A stretch of 64,000 bases of DNA from Macrostomum lignano (lineage: Eukaryota), in assembly GCA_002269645.1 (NCBI GenBank), contig NIVC01000082.1, positions 372,001-436,000 on the forward strand, read 5' to 3'. The translations under genes were made by a program, and so were the position numbers. The notes beneath the pieces were generated by a model. The model worked only from the letters and a program-made list of their open reading frames with translations, was not told where the DNA came from and did not search any database. Of the stretch, positions 59,256 through 64,000 are shown piece by piece; positions within the stretch are counted from its first letter, which is position 1, and each line of letters starts with the position of its first letter.

Positions 59256-62200
59256 AGGCATACCTAACTTTTAGGCCTGCCTAATCAATCTAAATATTTT
59301 GACTGTTGTAAAAAATAATTTAATGATTTGCCTTTGTGCTAGGACTCGCTCTAACCTCTAACTAAGCCGGGCCTAATTTATGCTAAGTAAAATTTAAATC
59401 TAGCCGCTGAGCTAAAGAAAACAAACAATAACTGTAATGCCTAGGCCGACTTTGCCTAAAATATCAATTTTTACATGCAAGATAGCAATTTATAAGCCTA
59501 CAAAATTATAGCTACACACAACTCGAATAAAATTATTCGAAATCAGTAAATCAACTGTAATTTTTTGGAAAGTAATGAATCAGCTCAAGTGTAATCAAAC
59601 GAAGTTAGTGTCTAATCATAGTAAGAAGTATGTAAGTTATTATACAATAAAAATTTTGTTAATTTTCAGTAAGTCAAAACTTGAGCTGGAAACTTAGAAA
59701 CTAAGTTTAAGTCGTTTTTTTGTTTCTCTATGGTCACCGTTAACTCGTTACACACACACGCGTACACTCGCTCGTCGTTACAAGTCTATCAATTCATCAT
59801 CATATACAATACAAAAACAATAAGTATGCCCTATGTTTACATGAGAACGAGCGTTGCATATTTTTCTTGCGTTTTTAGAAGCCACAATCACTTATCAATC
59901 CTACTTAAACTTAAGAGCCTAGGCCTAGCCTATGCAAATTTAATCGCAGACACCAGAAAAATATTTTTGTAAGACAAACCAACCAACCAATCCAAACCTA
60001 AGTCTAGGCCTAAGACAATTCTATATAGACTTAGATAGGCCTATGCAGATGTATGTCTGAGGTCAGTCTTCTGACTTCTGTTCTGACTCCAGTTCAGGCA
60101 GACTTAAAAGTTTAAGTTTTTTTTTGTAGGCCCTAGGCCCTAGGCCTAACCCTAAGCAGTAAGCCTAGGCCCCCCTGCTAATGCTTTTTCTATTCCATTT
60201 TTAATCCATTTGGTAATTTATGTAATAAGTGATCTGTGATCATTTGGTAACTGGTTACTTTGGTGACAGGCATTTCGGTGTCATCCATTTTGGTGACAGG
60301 TTACTTAGGTGACAAAAACAGTATAGAGCATGGAGCATTTGTTTAAAGTTTTTGCTTCTTTTTTAAAGGTTAGTATTGAATAATTAATTAATATTATTAT
60401 TATTGTTTGTCAATTTTTTTAAATAAAACTTCATCATCATAATAATAATCTGTTGCTATTTTTGTCACTGAAGTAACCTGTAATTTGATAATTTTGGTCA
60501 TACATGCGCAACAGTCGGCCGAGTCGGCCGATCCGGCCGACTGATTTGGCAGCCAACCAAGGAAGTCGCAAAAATGCCCACCCAAAAAATACCCACGCAG
60601 TAGTACTAAGTAGCTGACGAGGCATTTTTGCCTGATAAGACAGTCATAGTTACTCCCGCCGTTTACCCAAAGTTGCGTTAATTTTGCTTTAGGGTTTTTT
60701 TACATGTAAGTCGCATTTTTGGCCAAAAACTACGTCGCATTTTTGTTAAAACTAAGTCGCACGGCCGACCGAATTTTGGACGTTGCGCATGTATGATTTT
60801 GGTACCTAGTAAAATGCAGAAGCTGCAGCAGAATCAGACTAGAATAACACAGTAAAATGCTAAATATGTAGAAGAATGATAAATTGCAGAATAAATAAAC
60901 TATATGGAATTCACTAACTTGAAGTAAATGCAAAATAAAGGAATCAAAAAATGTAATTTTAAATATATATAGGCCTAGCTATATATAATAATAGGCCTAT
61001 AAGGCAATTCTCTAGTTTTGCATGTTTATTTATTTTTTTGAATTTAAAGAATTTTGAACAAAGTTTTAACAAAATTAAACAATAGTTAGAGTTTGTTTTG
61101 TCACGTTTGGTTGCATTATAGACATTGTAGTAGTGGGCCACCTAGAAAAGTTAAAGTATATTGCCTAAAATATACCTAGGTGGCAACAGTGCCATAGAAA
61201 TTTATTTAGGTGGGTATTGTCATCAAACAAGGCCTTAGATGTACTATGCATGGCCCCTGAACTGGGCTTATGCTAGTGGGTATAAAGGCATCTAGCCATG
61301 ATCAAGAAGAGTTGTTACTCAAGATTGACAATCAAGATTGCTTAGGAAAGCAAGCAAAGCAAGAAATCTCTCAGAATCCCAGTCCTAGTCCTTTCTACCT
61401 CAGTCCCTTTAAAAAAACAAAGAGCAATTGCAGGTTTTTGCTATAGACAGCCTTTAGCCATCTCAAACTAGTGACCTAGATATAAAATTGACACATTGCC
61501 ATGTCTTATACTCTTGGGAGTTTTAATATTTACTTGCAATAACTAAAGAAGTCACTATTTTTTGAAAAATAATTTTAAACATGCAAAACTAAGAGATTGC
61601 CCAGTTGTAACCATGTAAAAATATATATATATTATTAAGCAATTTTAGTATGATTCTACTATATTAAGGCAAACTAAAATAGAAATAGCAACATCTATTA
61701 AGCCTACTCAAAGTAGTAAATATAGACCTAGGTTTTTTCATGAATAACATGGCTAATAGATATTGAAAATATTAGGCCTTACAATAATTTTCTCTCTAAT
61801 AGTTCAATTTTTAAAAGCATTATTATTAAAAGATTATAATATATATAGCTGGGACATTTTATATCAAGTGAACTAGCAAGGCCTTCTAGAAGAGGCAAGA
61901 CATACTATAGCACCAGCTGCTTCAGTTGCTTGATTTGGTAAATGGCATTGCAGCTTTAGTAAGCACTTAGAATTGTTAGCAGCAACACTCCACATGGTGA
62001 TTCAGAATCAATGCCTTTGTTAGCTAGATTTTGTCAAATGTTTTTATTATTGCAAGATGCACTCTGTTGATCTAAGTGTCAAAGGCAATATTGTTGTCAA
62101 TGTTGGGTGTCTTTAGCCTCATTGTCACAGCAGTGACTGTTGTCAGATGTGGTGTCAGCTGTATCACACCTGTCACTATGCCAAACCATTGGTATAGGTA

Positions 62201-63399
62201 TCATAGGTGTCACAAATTATGTTCAAGTTTTATTTTTCATTTCATCTTATTGACTGGGTCAGTAAAAAAGAGATAAATGGTGGCAGTTCTTGTTCTAGCT
62301 AGATGGACTATAGATTTTTTGCATTCTAATTCTCTCTGTTGTTTGTGGCTCCAAGTGATATCAATATTGTTCTCCTCTAATGCCAGAATGCTCTAAAATG
62401 ATGTGCAATTATGAACAAATAGAAAAGCTTCAATTTGTGTTTTCTCAGTGACTTTTAATACATTACTAAATTATTAAACAATAATACAGTATTATTATAG
62501 TATTATAAAAGTATATATAGTATATATAGTATAGTAAATATATAGTAAAGTATATATAGTATTATTAAATTACTAAAAAATAATACATGTATATGTCATT
62601 ATTGTTTAGTCATTCAGTTGATAGAAATTGATATATCAAAGTTATAGCTTGATGAATAAAATATATCATTAAAGATAGATGTCTATCCTGAAATATAATA
62701 ATAATAAAATTTGATAATTTGATCAAAGATCTGGATACCCAAATCTCATAGTATCATTGAGTTTTCCCCCAGTGATTCAAAAAGCAATAGTCATAGCCAA
62801 CTCCATTACCCTATGCCCTTAGATTATTTTGCTTAAATATTCACATAAAGCTATTTGAATTCCAAGGCAATCCTCTGCAATAGGATTTGTGTAGTAGTTG
62901 CATCAAAAAGTATTGTTCTTAAAGTTCTTTTGTTTGTCTTTCATAAAAAGAACTAGAAATTGCTCAATTTTCATTGCATGCTACTTATCATACTTTTGTG
63001 AGTAGTATATCACATTCGCTTTTTCAAAGTACATTTCGAGTGTCTACTGTGGATTTTTTCTACCCTAAAAGAAGAGCATCGAAGGGAAGGTCTTTGTGCC
63101 ACTGAGAAAACGCTTGACCAGCCTCAGCTGTTTAAATCAGTCTAGTTTTTTTTCTTGATTCGATAAAAATGGGCTATCTAAATTCTCTCGTACGTGTGTT
63201 TCTTTATTAGTTGCAAAATCTCAAATTTTATAATCTTTTAGTTTTCCCCCGTTTCTTTCTAGTTATTTTTCTTGCTGCTTCTCAGAGCTACCGAATGAGC
63301 CGTGCCCAGTGACAATGCCTATGCCTCTCTCAACAGAGGAGCACGATTTGTTTAATCAGCTGCCAAGCGAAACCTGCGACTTGTTTATTCTTTCATGCA

Positions 63400-63850
63400 G
63401 CTCAACAGGTTTTTTGGAGAAAGGATGAAAAATATACTGATCAAGAGATTTTCAGTAGCAAATCTGGCAGATGCTCACGTCCCAGTTGTATAGGGGCACT
63501 TGCTCTTGAGCGGCAAAAACCCTTTCTCAATGATAAAGGAATAACTCTCGTTTACCTTTGATTAAGCTCTGCCATCTGCAGCCTTTTTTTGGAGATTTTT
63601 CTTTTTCCCTACTTGTCTTTTAATCTGCGGCTCTTCCGCCTTCTTCGAGTATTCTTTGCTTTTGAGCTATCAATGGTTATGCGGGCTCTTTGGTTAGAAA
63701 AAACCGAAGCCGCTTTATAACAAATCAAGTCAATTTTCGAATTTGAAATATTCTTCAGGCCTCTTCAAGCTCCCCGCTCTTGAACTCATTGTTTTGGCTG
63801 CCTGCATCTCGACCTCGTTGACGAAGTCGCTTTGAATTTTCGCTTCTAGG
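63400..63850 (-). pseudogene. Frameshifted TPR-repeat coding remnant (Tom70/TTC1/SPAG1-like clamp); pseudogene or consensus errors
   Basis: Mixed-frame translation gives QAAK / NEFKSGELEEA / IDLIC..ASVFSNQRA / LKSKEYSKKAEE / AELN / KGFCRSRASA..QLG, following TPR helix patterns, with several stops and frame changes. Confidence 0.4.
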
Positions 63851-63856
63851 TTGGAC

Positions 63857-64000
63857 TGCCAGCCTCTGAGCCTCCCAGATCCTCTCAGTTGCTGGGCCAG
63901 CCTCCCAGATCCTCAATCTCTGAGCCACTAGCCTCCCAGATCCTCATTCTCTGAGTCACTAGCCTCCCAGATCCTCAGTTGCTGTGCTACCAGCCTCCAA
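63857..64000. repeat. Inverted copy of the AGCAACTGAGGATCTGGGAGGCT minisatellite family, truncated by the window edge
   Basis: AGCCTCCCAGATCCTCAGTTGCT is the reverse complement of the core at 29875-30030 and 48045-49315. Confidence 0.9.

Noticed and set aside
63730-63840. LKRPEEYF resemblance to EBP2 (KRPTDYF)
   Set aside because: Surrounding frames fit a TPR pattern better over a longer stretch; the match is likely coincidental.

Overview
Eukaryotic (metazoan) genomic DNA. GC-rich exons are separated by introns that nearly all carry their own minisatellite, and several start codons are preceded by apparently unpaired splice acceptors. This architecture suggests a free-living flatworm such as Macrostomum (inference only). 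Exons were spliced by hand with GT/AG sites and intron phases checked. Seven gene models close in frame: the 3' part of an Eph receptor tyrosine kinase (+), a PTC7-type PP2C phosphatase (+), a tail-to-tail pair of divergent TNF-superfamily ligand genes (+/-), a BTB-BACK-Kelch gene (-), intronless MOB4/phocein (-) and COG6 (-). Also present are a frameshifted TPR-like remnant at the right edge, a tRNA-derived CORE-like SINE, a 3.9-kb 20-bp satellite with higher-order structure and about 40 other tandem arrays. Most notable signals: (i) both TNF paralogues carry a tandemly amplified TGACGTGT-N9-ATTGG (ERSE/UPRE-like) element in the homologous intron and in the same orientation; (ii) several minisatellites are multimers of classic stress/immune TF motifs (AP-1, GAS/STAT, kB-like, octamer); (iii) a likely COG6-MOB4 trans-spliced operon; (iv) a PTC7 with both a mitochondrial-like N-terminus and a C-terminal PTS1 (AKL); (v) a tandem U1-5'-end mimic in a COG6 intron. 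All counts and alignments are by eye; no searches were run.
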